Shown: one piece after another, positions 53,646-63,456 of the stretch
Layout: each line of letters starts with the position of its first letter
Position numbering within the stretch: the first letter of the stretch is position 1
Assembly: GCA_963790805.1 (NCBI GenBank)
Contig: CAWBPL010000002.1
Span: 448,696 to 512,695 of the forward strand
DNA length: 64,000 nt
Reading direction: 5' to 3'
From: Candidatus Gottesmanbacteria bacterium
GTDB taxonomy: Bacteria > Patescibacteriota > Microgenomatia > UBA10105 > UBA927
Position numbers and translations under genes: made by a program
Notes under the pieces: model-generated
What the model saw: only the letters and a program-made list of their open reading frames with translations
Database searches by the model: none
Told to the model about the DNA's origin: nothing

Positions 53646-55595
53646 CTACGTATCAAGAAACGAAATAACAAGTTTATTGAACTGTTCGCTTTGTTCAATG
53701 GAGGGTATGTGGCCGGCATCGGGGATAATGACGAATCGACTATGAGGAATACGACGTACCACCGGTTGAACGATGTCAGGTGACGTGAGTTTGTCATATT
53801 TGCCCCAGAGAACGAGTGTTTTATTCGAAAGACGTGGTAATGCGTCAGCCATGTCGAGCTCTTTCGGTATGCCGGTGAAACCCGAAAGCCGGCTGATAAA
53901 TAACAGATTGTGAGAGGTTTTCATGGTTTCGTAAAAATATTCTATAAACTCCTGAGGGAACGGAAATTTTGGATTATGGAAGACATCTCGCATAAACATT
54001 TCGACGTTTTTATTGGAACGCACGGGGTTCAGCATAGTTTTGGCCATGATTCGGGCAAATGCATGGATCCCCATAATGCGATCGGGAATTTTCAGGCGAT
54101 TGGTAAATCCAATAGCGTCAACGAGGACCAGTTTATCAATGAGTTCTGGGTGTTTCAGTGATACATTTATTGCCGTCCAGCCTCCTATCGACGATCCCAC
54201 GATGTGCGGCTTTGTAATATTTAATTTTTGGACAAACGCATCAACAACATCGACAAGATCTTTTTGAAGATCCATCGATGCAAAATCAATGTGGGATGAC
54301 CTTCCAGCGCCGGGAAGGTCAATTGCATACACCAGAAAGTGCTTTGCGAGTTCTTGAATATTTGGATACCATTGTCCCCACCCGATATTGCCGCCGTGGA
54401 TAAGAAGAAGAGGCTTGCCCTTGCCGGCGATTGCATAATTGATGACGTGATTGTCGATATTCATGTGTCTGGTCGCAATGGGCGTTTGAATAATTTCTCT
54501 AAGCGCCTGTTCGGTGTTTGTGGGTTCAATCACATGTTCAACAGGTCTTCGTGGTGTGTGATACGGCGACGTTTCACTATATCCCATACGGAAAAAGAAT
54601 CGCGCGTTCATGTTGTGAAAGTGAAAAGTCGAAGCAAGAAATTCATGTGCTTTTGGATAATAGGTGATTGAATGCATGGGTGTGCATGAAATATTGTGTG
54701 AAGTCAGATACAGGGTAACGCGTTCATACAGTCTTCCCGCGGATAAAGATGAGACCGTGGTATTACCGGTTACCGCAATGACTCCAATGGCAGGACAATT
54801 GTATAAAGCTTCATAATCTTTTTTGCCTAAAATGGTACTGATGGCCCGCAATCGAGGAATGAGAAGTTTTCCCGCAACGGAAGCAGGCGGTGGCAAACCA
54901 ACGACAAACCCCGGCATACCATCGAATGCTTTGGAATTATTGAGCTTTAACCATTGACCTAACTCGCGGCCAAACAGGGGGTGGCTCGCTTCGTTTGTTA
55001 CCGCTTCCTGTTGTAAAACGGCGGATTTATGAATGGACATCGGATTATGAGTTACGAATACCCGTGACTGGCCATTTTGCATTCGGGATAGTGCAGTAAG
55101 AATTGTTGAAGGTAAAGGTGCGGGAGAATAGAGAAGCTTATTTGAATAGCGTTTCGTGATATATGGGGCGAGCCGTGAAAGATCAGGGTTCGGTTTGCTT
55201 GTTATGTTAAAAAGAAGGCGGATAACGGGTTTTTTCGCGACGTTCGTCACGTGTATGGTTACTGCGTAATCCCATCGCGCTGCTGCCACTTCGATATTGG
55301 CAATACAACAACCGATACCTAAAAGAAGATGGCGTCCGGTGGGATCGGTATGTTTCAGCTGTCGCGTCCAGTCCGGATGTATGGTGAGCGTATTCTTGTT
55401 GATTGTAAAATTCCACGGCTGTGTGTTGTGAAGCGACGGCGCGAGTATTCCCGCTTTAACAAAAAATGCAATTTTTTCACGTGTGCTACTGGTTTTGGGG
55501 AATGCCCGATAATCCCAATTCCATGCTTCATAATTCGGTTGTTTTGCCATAATGCCCTCGATTTCTATTATGTCTATTTCATCCGGATTTCTCAA
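53646..55595 (-). CDS. fusion protein: Acg-family tandem nitroreductase-like FMN domain + C-terminal alpha/beta hydrolase
   Basis: N-terminus AGILAPSLHNTQPWNF (Acg/nitroreductase signature) over about 370 aa. C-terminus PLLLIHGGNIGWGQW, nucleophile elbow GSSIGGW, late DAGH. Confidence 0.6.
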   Translation of the reverse strand: MRNPDEIDIIEIEGIMAKQPNYEAWNWDYRAFPKTSSTREKIAFFVKAGILAPSLHNTQPWNFTINKNTLTIHPDWTRQLKHTDPTGRHLLLGIGCCIANIEVAAARWDYAVTIHVTNVAKKPVIRLLFNITSKPNPDLSRLAPYITKRYSNKLLYSPAPLPSTILTALSRMQNGQSRVFVTHNPMSIHKSAVLQQEAVTNEASHPLFGRELGQWLKLNNSKAFDGMPGFVVGLPPPASVAGKLLIPRLRAISTILGKKDYEALYNCPAIGVIAVTGNTTVSSLSAGRLYERVTLYLTSHNISCTPMHSITYYPKAHEFLASTFHFHNMNARFFFRMGYSETSPYHTPRRPVEHVIEPTNTEQALREIIQTPIATRHMNIDNHVINYAIAGKGKPLLLIHGGNIGWGQWYPNIQELAKHFLVYAIDLPGAGRSSHIDFASMDLQKDLVDVVDAFVQKLNITKPHIVGSSIGGWTAINVSLKHPELIDKLVLVDAIGFTNRLKIPDRIMGIHAFARIMAKTMLNPVRSNKNVEMFMRDVFHNPKFPFPQEFIEYFYETMKTSHNLLFISRLSGFTGIPKELDMADALPRLSNKTLVLWGKYDKLTSPDIVQPVVRRIPHSRFVIIPDAGHIPSIEQSEQFNKLVISFLDT

Positions 55596-55620
55596 TTACT
55601 CTGTTGTGCCCAGATGTGTT

Positions 55621-56703
55621 TTAGAAGAATTTAGAAAATTCAATGCGGTAGCGTCCGGAAGGAAGATGTTCATTCAGTATAATTTTCCGTGCAAAATACG
55701 CGCCTAAACCGGCGCTTACCGTGACAGTGCTTGATACTTGAGGTCTTCCAACGAGTGTTTTTCCGATGAGAGCTACAGACGAGAGTGCTTTTGCAGGGAC
55801 ATTATGTTTTCCGACGAGAGCAACCGCGTATTTGTGCTTGTCTTCTTCAGGGTGCTGTAAGATGGTTTCCGGCAGTTTTCCGATGACTCCATTAAAGAGT
55901 GAAAGATTAGGAGTGGAATCATATCGCTCAACATCAATAAGTATGCTGTCTGCGAGATTTGCCATGGAGATAACGGGTACGTTCGATGCTCTTGCGGCAA
56001 GGCGCAGTTTAATTTTCATCGCAAAATCATCGATGATTTCAAATACCACGCGCGGTTTGGGTGAGGCAGAAACGAACGATGACACATTGTTCTCGTCTAA
56101 TCCGGTGGGGAAGAGATGAAGATGAACATATGGATCGACTTCATAGATCTGTTGAGCGGCAATAGTGATTTTTGGTAAACCGACGTGATGAAGGCCCGCC
56201 CGTAATCTGTTAAGATTTGTCGTTTCAAGGCGGTCAAACTCAGCGAGTTTGATTTGCCCGCCGATTCCCTGATATGCCATGCCGACCGCAAGACTGCCTC
56301 CGACCGACAATCCAATGATACCAATGCATGAGGAATATAAACGCTGTTGTTCTGTTTCTGTAATAATATTTTTATTTCTGTTGGTCCGAAGAAGAAAATA
56401 CTCTTTCGCGTTGACGGAATGGATTAAATTGCCGTTCCAAGGGCAATAGACCCAGTTACCCCGTTTGTTAAATGGAAGATTATTTCGTCGATGGATAAAC
56501 TGTCGGCATTGTTTTTGATAATCCGATGAGTTTAACAGCGAGGGATGCGTAATTTTAAACACTTCTTCACTTTGTTGATCGTATAACTCATGCGTATGCC
56601 ACACACGATATCTGGATTTAAGCATACGAACGTCACGGTCCGTATATGTGCCCTCAAAGAGTATCAGCGGTTTCGAGTTTATTTCCGTTATTTTTTTACC
56701 CAT
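55621..56703 (-). CDS. ThiF/MoeB/E1-like adenylyltransferase-fold protein with N-terminal extension (Rv1355c-like N-half)
   Basis: IGIIGLSVGGSLAVGMAYQGIGGQIKLAEFDRLETTNLNRL is the ThiF-family nucleotide-binding motif. Confidence 0.6.
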   Translation of the reverse strand: MGKKITEINSKPLILFEGTYTDRDVRMLKSRYRVWHTHELYDQQSEEVFKITHPSLLNSSDYQKQCRQFIHRRNNLPFNKRGNWVYCPWNGNLIHSVNAKEYFLLRTNRNKNIITETEQQRLYSSCIGIIGLSVGGSLAVGMAYQGIGGQIKLAEFDRLETTNLNRLRAGLHHVGLPKITIAAQQIYEVDPYVHLHLFPTGLDENNVSSFVSASPKPRVVFEIIDDFAMKIKLRLAARASNVPVISMANLADSILIDVERYDSTPNLSLFNGVIGKLPETILQHPEEDKHKYAVALVGKHNVPAKALSSVALIGKTLVGRPQVSSTVTVSAGLGAYFARKIILNEHLPSGRYRIEFSKFF

Positions 56704-58205
56704 TTTTGTTTCCCTCCCGGCTGGAAATGCGTTGGATGTTCATACGGCCAGAATGTGAGTTTCGGTATGGTTTGTTCGGGATATTCTTCACGGGTTTTCC
56801 GATATTCGGAATTTTCCGCAACCAGCCTTCGGATAATTGCCTCTGCAGTGGAAGATCGGAGGGTCAGAGATTCTTTGGTATTTGGTCTTAATTCAATGTG
56901 AATATTGAGTTGTTGATGGGCCTTTATATCATAGGAAACAATCATGGTAAATTTGCCCGTAAGTTGTTGTTCAAACTGTTTTTCCTGAAGGGCTTTGCGT
57001 ATAGTTTCCGGATAAATCTGGAATGCAAAAAAACTTACGGAGAAGTCACTTCGTTCATAAACGTATACAAACGGAAGATTCCAGATGGTATTTGTGATGC
57101 CTGCATTTTTTGCTTCCTGATTCAGATTCACATCAAGTTGTTTCAAATTCGTTGTGACAGAATCAAGTGTAAAGACGCCGCCGTGATCCTTAAGATCATA
57201 GCGAACGAGTGGAATTCCGCTATAGGAAGAGCACAGAAGATTTTTTTCCTGGCACTCAAAATAAAACATTTCGGGCAGATATTGCGTCAGTGTCGGAAGT
57301 TTTGTGCTTTGCCCGAAGAGCGCTTCGTATATGCGTTCGTCTTCAATTGCCCGTCGCCGAAGAAGAATTGACAAGGGAGTCTCGTGAGACATAGTTCCTA
57401 AATCTACAGTTCCATAATGGTTGAGTGTTGAAGTGTATGGGTTTGTTAGACCGGCAGTTTTTATAACATAATCCCGGAATGTTTCACTGAAGCCTTCGGC
57501 GGAAAAAATAAACCCCAGATTATAGTTGTTCCAGTTGACGCCATATGTTTTTGCATCATCGAGTATATCTTTGAGAAACGGAGCGTAGCTGCCTATTATT
57601 GTTTGGTCAAAGTGAGGTCCGAGATTTTTGACTGCCTTAATAATTTCCAGCTTATTAATTCCCGGAGAAATAATAGTTAACGGATACTTTCGCTCCTGCA
57701 GTATCGAAAGCGCCTTGAATGTAAAAACGCCGCCGATCCACGCTCCCATAGGGAACCCGATGATATACAGAGTCGACCGTTTGTCGATGTGAAAATTGTT
57801 AAGAAGATACATCTCAGCCGTTGCGGCGTATTGTAAATCCTGTTCCTGTTGCCGGGGAAAGTAAAACGGTTCACCGGTAGAACCGCTGGTCGAGGCTACT
57901 GTCCAGCTTTGATCGTTCATTTTCCCGTCCCAGCAGAGGGCTTCAAGCGGGTATTTCCGAAGGTAACTATTTTTATCAACTGCCGGAATCTGTTGGAAAT
58001 CGCGTATCGTTCGGATCAAGGACGCATGAATGTTGTGTTGTTTGAGAAAGTCTTTATACGCAGGTACGCGGTCGGCCATCGAATGAAAAAGCGTGAGTAC
58101 CCGTTTTTCTCCACGGCGTATCCAATACTGTTCAGGTTTTGTTTTTAATTGTCGCAGCAAAAAAGGAACGGTATGAAGGGATGTTGGAAATGCATCGGTC
58201 CTCAT
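56688..58205 (-). CDS. PaaK/F390-synthetase-like adenylate-forming enzyme (ANL superfamily)
   Basis: VASTSGSTGEPFYFPR matches the phenylacetate-CoA ligase type AMP-binding motif. 16-nt overlap with the downstream gene. Confidence 0.6.
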   Translation of the reverse strand: MRTDAFPTSLHTVPFLLRQLKTKPEQYWIRRGEKRVLTLFHSMADRVPAYKDFLKQHNIHASLIRTIRDFQQIPAVDKNSYLRKYPLEALCWDGKMNDQSWTVASTSGSTGEPFYFPRQQEQDLQYAATAEMYLLNNFHIDKRSTLYIIGFPMGAWIGGVFTFKALSILQERKYPLTIISPGINKLEIIKAVKNLGPHFDQTIIGSYAPFLKDILDDAKTYGVNWNNYNLGFIFSAEGFSETFRDYVIKTAGLTNPYTSTLNHYGTVDLGTMSHETPLSILLRRRAIEDERIYEALFGQSTKLPTLTQYLPEMFYFECQEKNLLCSSYSGIPLVRYDLKDHGGVFTLDSVTTNLKQLDVNLNQEAKNAGITNTIWNLPFVYVYERSDFSVSFFAFQIYPETIRKALQEKQFEQQLTGKFTMIVSYDIKAHQQLNIHIELRPNTKESLTLRSSTAEAIIRRLVAENSEYRKTREEYPEQTIPKLTFWPYEHPTHFQPGGKQKWVKK

Positions 58206-59254
58206 ACAAAGGTTTGAGATATTTCCTGCGCAAGAGCATCAGCAACAACATTTGTTGATTTGTGGCTTCGTTTGCTTTTTTCAATAATCGAAGTTAAGGT
58301 TTTTTTAATCGTCGCAACTTTGCGTTTTACCCGATCGACATCTGGTCGTTTTTGTTCAAACTCGTCAACGACCGCCATGAGCCCTCCGGCATTGATGACA
58401 TAATCAGGCGCGTACAAAATGCCCATTTTATAGAGCTCGTTTCCGACTTTTTCACTTTCGAGCTGACTGTTGGCGCTTCCGGCGATGATGCGCGCATGGA
58501 TTGAATGGATGCTTGTATGATTAAGGACGCTACTTAATGCGCAGGGAGAAAATATATCAACGCGCTCTGAAATAATGGCGTCAGGTCTAACAGGTTCCAC
58601 ATCGGGAAAAGAGTGCTTTACTGTTTCAATGGCCCTATCGTTAATATCAGTTACATAGATTTTTTTGGCTTTTCCGTAGAGAAATTTCAGAAGTCCGGTT
58701 CCCGTTTTTCCCAGCCCCTGAATGGCGAACGTTCTTTCGCGAATATCTGATGTCCCGAATATTTCTTTACAGCTCACCTGTATTCCGTAAAAAACTCCAA
58801 GCATGGTAAGGTCGACAACTTCATAATGCACGCCGACCATATACGGACTGTAGCGCGCCATAATGGCAAGATCAGCGTTATTTACTCCGACATCGGCGCC
58901 GGTAATAAAATGCCCGCCCAAATAATTGACGTGTTGGGCATACGATTTAAGAAGTGCCGTGCGGGAAATTTTGTCACTTTTATTGACGATGACGGCTTTT
59001 GCTCCGCCATGATGAAGGCCGGCGAGGGCGGATTTGTACGTCATAATTTTAGAAAGCTTTAGGGCGTCCCTCAGTGCGTCAGCGTCTGATGCATATTTCC
59101 AGATGCGCGTTGCCCCAAATGCGGGTTGTTTTAACCCTCCCCGATGAATTGCAATGTATGCGGTAAGATTGACAGATTTGTCCATGATGCAGGATACAAA
59201 ATGGTGATCGTCATATTCAGGTAATTCGCTGATAGTAAGTAGATCGGGTTTCAT
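58202..59254 (-). CDS. Glu/Leu/Phe/Val dehydrogenase family enzyme (Leu/Phe dehydrogenase-like)
   Basis: GATRIWKY...KSALAGLHHGGAKAVI (catalytic Lys region) and the Rossmann motif FAIQGLGKTG. 4-nt overlap with the PaaK-like gene. Confidence 0.75.
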   Translation of the reverse strand: MKPDLLTISELPEYDDHHFVSCIMDKSVNLTAYIAIHRGGLKQPAFGATRIWKYASDADALRDALKLSKIMTYKSALAGLHHGGAKAVIVNKSDKISRTALLKSYAQHVNYLGGHFITGADVGVNNADLAIMARYSPYMVGVHYEVVDLTMLGVFYGIQVSCKEIFGTSDIRERTFAIQGLGKTGTGLLKFLYGKAKKIYVTDINDRAIETVKHSFPDVEPVRPDAIISERVDIFSPCALSSVLNHTSIHSIHARIIAGSANSQLESEKVGNELYKMGILYAPDYVINAGGLMAVVDEFEQKRPDVDRVKRKVATIKKTLTSIIEKSKRSHKSTNVVADALAQEISQTFV

Positions 59255-59358
59255 GGGCTTGAATGAATGTTTTTATAATTACATGCTTTCAAGAAGAACA
59301 CAAGCTATCGGTACCCATGTCTTCGTGATATAATTTACTCTTACACGAGAAGATTTTT

Positions 59359-61245
59359 ATGGCAGACAAACCTCAAGTAAAACCAAAGCGGGCAACCAAT
59401 GGGAAAAAGCCGACAAAAATGTTTCAGTTCCGGTTCCAATTGAACCTCAAAAACATTATTATTGGACTTTTTATTCTGTTTCTTGTTTTTTCTCTCATCG
59501 GAAGTTTTAGCGGTCAAAATACCTCATATCCTGAAAAACCCCTTTCGAGCGTCGTTGGAGATATTAAAAACGGAAAAGTAACCAATGTCGGAGTGGAAGA
59601 CACCAAGCTGACGCTTGACTATAAAGACGGCGAACATTTTACTTCCCACAAAGAGTCGCAGGATTCGATCTATACGATTCTCAAGGACGCAGGAGTCGAT
59701 CCGAGCAAAACACAAATCACCGTGAAAGACACGTCAGCCGGGCAGTTGTGGGCCGGTATCATCTCCAATGTTTTGCCGCTTGTGTTAACGGTTGTCTTTT
59801 TCCTTTTCCTATTCCGTCAGGCCCGTGGGGCGCAGGATAATATTTTCAGTTTCGGGCAAAGCAAGGCGCGTATTTTTAGCAAAGATCTTCCCAAGGTCAC
59901 GTTTGCCGATGTGGCTGGTGTCGATGAAGCGAAAAAGGAGCTGGAGGAAGTTGTCGACTTTTTAAAAAACCCCGCAAAATATAAGGCATTAGGTGCCAGA
60001 ACGCCGAAGGGAGTTATCCTTGTTGGTCCCAGCGGTACCGGAAAAACGCTTCTTGCCAAGGCCATGGCAGGGGAAGCGAAAACCGCGTTTTTCAGCATTG
60101 CCGGAAGTGAATTCATGGAGATGTTGGTAGGTGTTGGTGCCGCTCGGGTTCGCGATCTTTTTGCCAATGCAAAAAAAAGCGCGCCGGCGATTATATTTAT
60201 CGATGAGATCGATGCAATTGGCCGCATGCGAAGTGTCGGCATTATGGGCGGTCATGATGAACGCGAACAGACGCTCAATCAAATACTTGTTGAAATGGAC
60301 GGATTTGAACCAAATACTGCAGTTCTTATTGTTGCTGCGACAAACAGGGGTGATCTTCTGGATCCGGCGCTTCTTCGGCCGGGTCGATTTGATCGCAGGG
60401 TTGTGTTGGATCTTCCCGATATGGCTGGAAGAAAAGCAATTCTTGGCATTCATGCGAAAGGAAAGCCCTACGCAGTATCGGTTGACTGGGATAAAGTGGC
60501 CAAACGAACCGTTGGATTTTCTGGGGCCGATTTGGAAAATATGCTCAATGAGTCAGCAATTCTCGCGGCCCGCGAAGATAAAAAAGAAATTGATATGAAA
60601 GATCTGGAAGAAGCGGCAACGAAAGTAAAGTTGGGGCCGGAAAAGAAACGGTTACAAAGTGATCTGGATCGTAAAATGACGGCATATCATGAAGGGGGAC
60701 ACGCGGTTGTGTCGTACTTCTCTCCGAATTTGGATATAGTTCATCGAATCAGCATTGTTTCGCGCGGCATGGCATTGGGATATACATTGTCTCCTCCAGA
60801 GAAAGATAGACTTCATGAGACGAAATCCCGACTTATAGATGAAATTGCCATGACCATGGGGGGACGTGCTGCCGAACAGCTTATTTTTAATGAGATGACA
60901 TCAGGCGCTGCGAATGACATCGATCAGGCAACGCGGATTGCCCGCTACATGGTTATGGAGTTTGGCATGAGTGATCTGGGTCCCATCAACTTCGGTCCGC
61001 AGATGGATATAACCGAGTGGGGACAAAGCATAATGGATCAAAGCCCGATTTCCCAGGATATGCAGGGGGCGATTGATCGGGAAATCAAGAAGTTCTTAGA
61101 TGAGGGGTATAAAAAAGCTCTCGATACATTAAAAAAACACCGCAAATACTTGGATCTCGTTGCCGAGGCGCTTATTAAAAAAGAGACGCTCGAGAGTGAA
61201 GAATTCGAAGCACTTATGGGCGGACCAAAAGTAAAAGCGAGCTAA
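59359..61245 (+). CDS. ftsH: ATP-dependent zinc metalloprotease FtsH
   Basis: Walker A GPSGTGKT, Walker B IIFIDEIDA, SRH region, zinc site HEGGHAV. Confidence 0.95.
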   Translation: MADKPQVKPKRATNGKKPTKMFQFRFQLNLKNIIIGLFILFLVFSLIGSFSGQNTSYPEKPLSSVVGDIKNGKVTNVGVEDTKLTLDYKDGEHFTSHKESQDSIYTILKDAGVDPSKTQITVKDTSAGQLWAGIISNVLPLVLTVVFFLFLFRQARGAQDNIFSFGQSKARIFSKDLPKVTFADVAGVDEAKKELEEVVDFLKNPAKYKALGARTPKGVILVGPSGTGKTLLAKAMAGEAKTAFFSIAGSEFMEMLVGVGAARVRDLFANAKKSAPAIIFIDEIDAIGRMRSVGIMGGHDEREQTLNQILVEMDGFEPNTAVLIVAATNRGDLLDPALLRPGRFDRRVVLDLPDMAGRKAILGIHAKGKPYAVSVDWDKVAKRTVGFSGADLENMLNESAILAAREDKKEIDMKDLEEAATKVKLGPEKKRLQSDLDRKMTAYHEGGHAVVSYFSPNLDIVHRISIVSRGMALGYTLSPPEKDRLHETKSRLIDEIAMTMGGRAAEQLIFNEMTSGAANDIDQATRIARYMVMEFGMSDLGPINFGPQMDITEWGQSIMDQSPISQDMQGAIDREIKKFLDEGYKKALDTLKKHRKYLDLVAEALIKKETLESEEFEALMGGPKVKAS

Positions 61246-61272
61246 ATCGTTCCTTCTTGGTATAATACGCCC

Positions 61273-62235
61273 ATGAACCGATTGATCCTCATTGATGGTA
61301 ATGCTGTACTTCATCGGGCGTATCATGCTCTGCCTCCGTTGACTGCTCCTGATGGATCGCTGGTGAATGCGGTCTACGGTTTTGCGGCGATGCTTATACG
61401 TCTGTATTATGATTTGAAACCAACGCACATGGCAGTCGCTTTTGACAGGCCTAAGCCGACATTTCGGAAAAAACTGTTTAAAGAATATCAGGCAACACGT
61501 CCGAAAATGGATGATGAACTGGTCGCGCAAATTGATAAAGTTCACGAATTAGTGACATCATTCGGAATACCGATTTTTGAGAAAGACGGATTTGAAGCAG
61601 ATGATGTGATAGGAACGCTTACGAAAAAAGTTGCACATTCAGGTATTGATCAGGTGATTGTCGTAACGGGTGATAGGGATATTTTGCAGCTGGTTGAAGA
61701 CGATCGGGTACTTGTCTATATGCCAACTAAAGGGTTATCTGAGGCGAAACTCTATCGTGAAGCAGATGTTAAAGAGCGTTTGGGTGTAAGCCCTTCAAAA
61801 ATAGCTGATTATAAAGGCTTGGCTGGCGACGCATCTGATAACTATCCTGGCGTTGAGGGGATCGGGCCGAAAACAGCGGTCACCCTCATCGAACGATTCG
61901 GCAGTGTAGAAAATGTGTATAAAGCACTCAGGAGCAAGGATAAACAGATAGATGCATTGTCTCCTTTAACGGTAGAAAAATTAAAGGCAGGGCAAAAGAG
62001 CGCGATGCTTTCGAAAGATTTGGCAACTATTCGGGCAAATGTTGAATTATCTGTCGATGAGAAAAAATTAGAAATAGATACACTCGATAAACCAGAAGCA
62101 CTGGAGTTTCTCAGCGCAATACATTTTCATTCGCTTCTCAAACGGCTTCAAAATAAGGGAGAAAAAATCAATGTCACTAAAAAAGAAGAACAAAAAGAGA
62201 AATCAAAAAAAGGAGAACAACAACAATTGTTTTAA
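61273..62235 (+). CDS. stand-alone 5'-3' exonuclease / flap endonuclease (Pol I N-terminal domain homolog)
   Basis: LILIDGNAVLHRAYHA, FEADDVIGT, GDRDILQL, GVEGIGPKTA (H3TH). No polymerase domain follows. Confidence 0.85.
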   Translation: MNRLILIDGNAVLHRAYHALPPLTAPDGSLVNAVYGFAAMLIRLYYDLKPTHMAVAFDRPKPTFRKKLFKEYQATRPKMDDELVAQIDKVHELVTSFGIPIFEKDGFEADDVIGTLTKKVAHSGIDQVIVVTGDRDILQLVEDDRVLVYMPTKGLSEAKLYREADVKERLGVSPSKIADYKGLAGDASDNYPGVEGIGPKTAVTLIERFGSVENVYKALRSKDKQIDALSPLTVEKLKAGQKSAMLSKDLATIRANVELSVDEKKLEIDTLDKPEALEFLSAIHFHSLLKRLQNKGEKINVTKKEEQKEKSKKGEQQQLF

Positions 62236-62237
62236 CT

Positions 62238-63362
62238 ATGAAAATCGCAATCGTTCACGATTTTTTACGGGAATATGGAGGGGCCGAACGGGTGGTTGAG
62301 GCGATGCATGAGCTCTGGCCGGAGGCACCTGTCTATACATCGTTTGTCGACTGGGAATCGTTAGGCAATCAGGGGTATCGGTTTCGGGGTTGGGATATTA
62401 GGCCCAGTTGGGTGCAGAATAACTGGATAGTCAAAAAATATCATTCGCCGCTCCGGTTTTTGGCACCTGATGTGTGGGGAAGTTTTGATTTATCTGGGTT
62501 TGATGTGGTGATTTCTTCAAGCGGTTGGTTTATGTGCCGTGGTGTGAAGGTAAATAAACCGGCGGTACATATCTGTTATATTCATCATCCGCCGCGCAAT
62601 CTCTATGGATATGCGACGGGAAGTGACCTTCAAAAATACTGGATTGTCCGCGCATACGCCGTCGTTATCAATTTTTTCCTTCGCCATTACGATTTTGCAA
62701 CAGCCCAGAAAGTGGATTATTTTGTGGCCAATTCAAAGGAAACGGCCCGCCGAGTGCAAAAGTTTTACCGCAGGGATTCTACCGTTATCTATCCGCCGGT
62801 AGAGGTATCAGATGTAAGACTTAAGATGAAAGATTTTCGTAACAGAAAACAAGGATATTTTTTATCAGTCGGAAGATTAACGTACGCAAAGCGCATTGAT
62901 CTTGCTATTGAAGTATGCAATAAGCTGAAACTGCCCCTGAAAATTGTCGGAAAGGGGAAAGAAGAGGCGTATCTTCGTTCTATTGCGGGTCCGACGATTG
63001 AATTCACCGGCGGCGTATCGGATCAGCAGCTCAATCAGCTTTATGAAGGAGCAAAGGCATTTATTTTTAGCGCACTCGATGAAGATTTTGGCATTGTTCC
63101 CGTTGAGGCCATGGCGCATGGTGTACCTGTTATTGCACTCGCTGAGGGTGGTGTTTTAGAAACGGTTGTTGACGGAAAAACAGGAATTCTATTTGGCGAG
63201 CCGACGGTAAAAAATTTAGAGGTAGCGGTAAAAAAGTTTTTACGAACAAAAAAAGACTGGAGTAAAGCGTGTATTCTCCATGCAAAAAAATTCAGCAAGG
63301 CCAAGTTTCAAAAAGAATTTAAGGCGTTTGTGGAAGAAAAATATCGAGCCGCTTCACATTAG
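62238..63362 (+). CDS. glycosyltransferase family 4 (GT-B)
   Basis: MKIAIVHDFLREYGGAERV and the EX7E region EDFGIVPVEAMAHGVPVIA. Confidence 0.8.
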   Translation: MKIAIVHDFLREYGGAERVVEAMHELWPEAPVYTSFVDWESLGNQGYRFRGWDIRPSWVQNNWIVKKYHSPLRFLAPDVWGSFDLSGFDVVISSSGWFMCRGVKVNKPAVHICYIHHPPRNLYGYATGSDLQKYWIVRAYAVVINFFLRHYDFATAQKVDYFVANSKETARRVQKFYRRDSTVIYPPVEVSDVRLKMKDFRNRKQGYFLSVGRLTYAKRIDLAIEVCNKLKLPLKIVGKGKEEAYLRSIAGPTIEFTGGVSDQQLNQLYEGAKAFIFSALDEDFGIVPVEAMAHGVPVIALAEGGVLETVVDGKTGILFGEPTVKNLEVAVKKFLRTKKDWSKACILHAKKFSKAKFQKEFKAFVEEKYRAASH

Positions 63363-63456
63363 CCTCATTTTGATATATACTTTCTCCATCCCCACAGAGG
63401 TTTCCCCGTGGTTGCTGCATGGAAAGAAACTCTCGTATACTAAAGGAAGTTTTACT

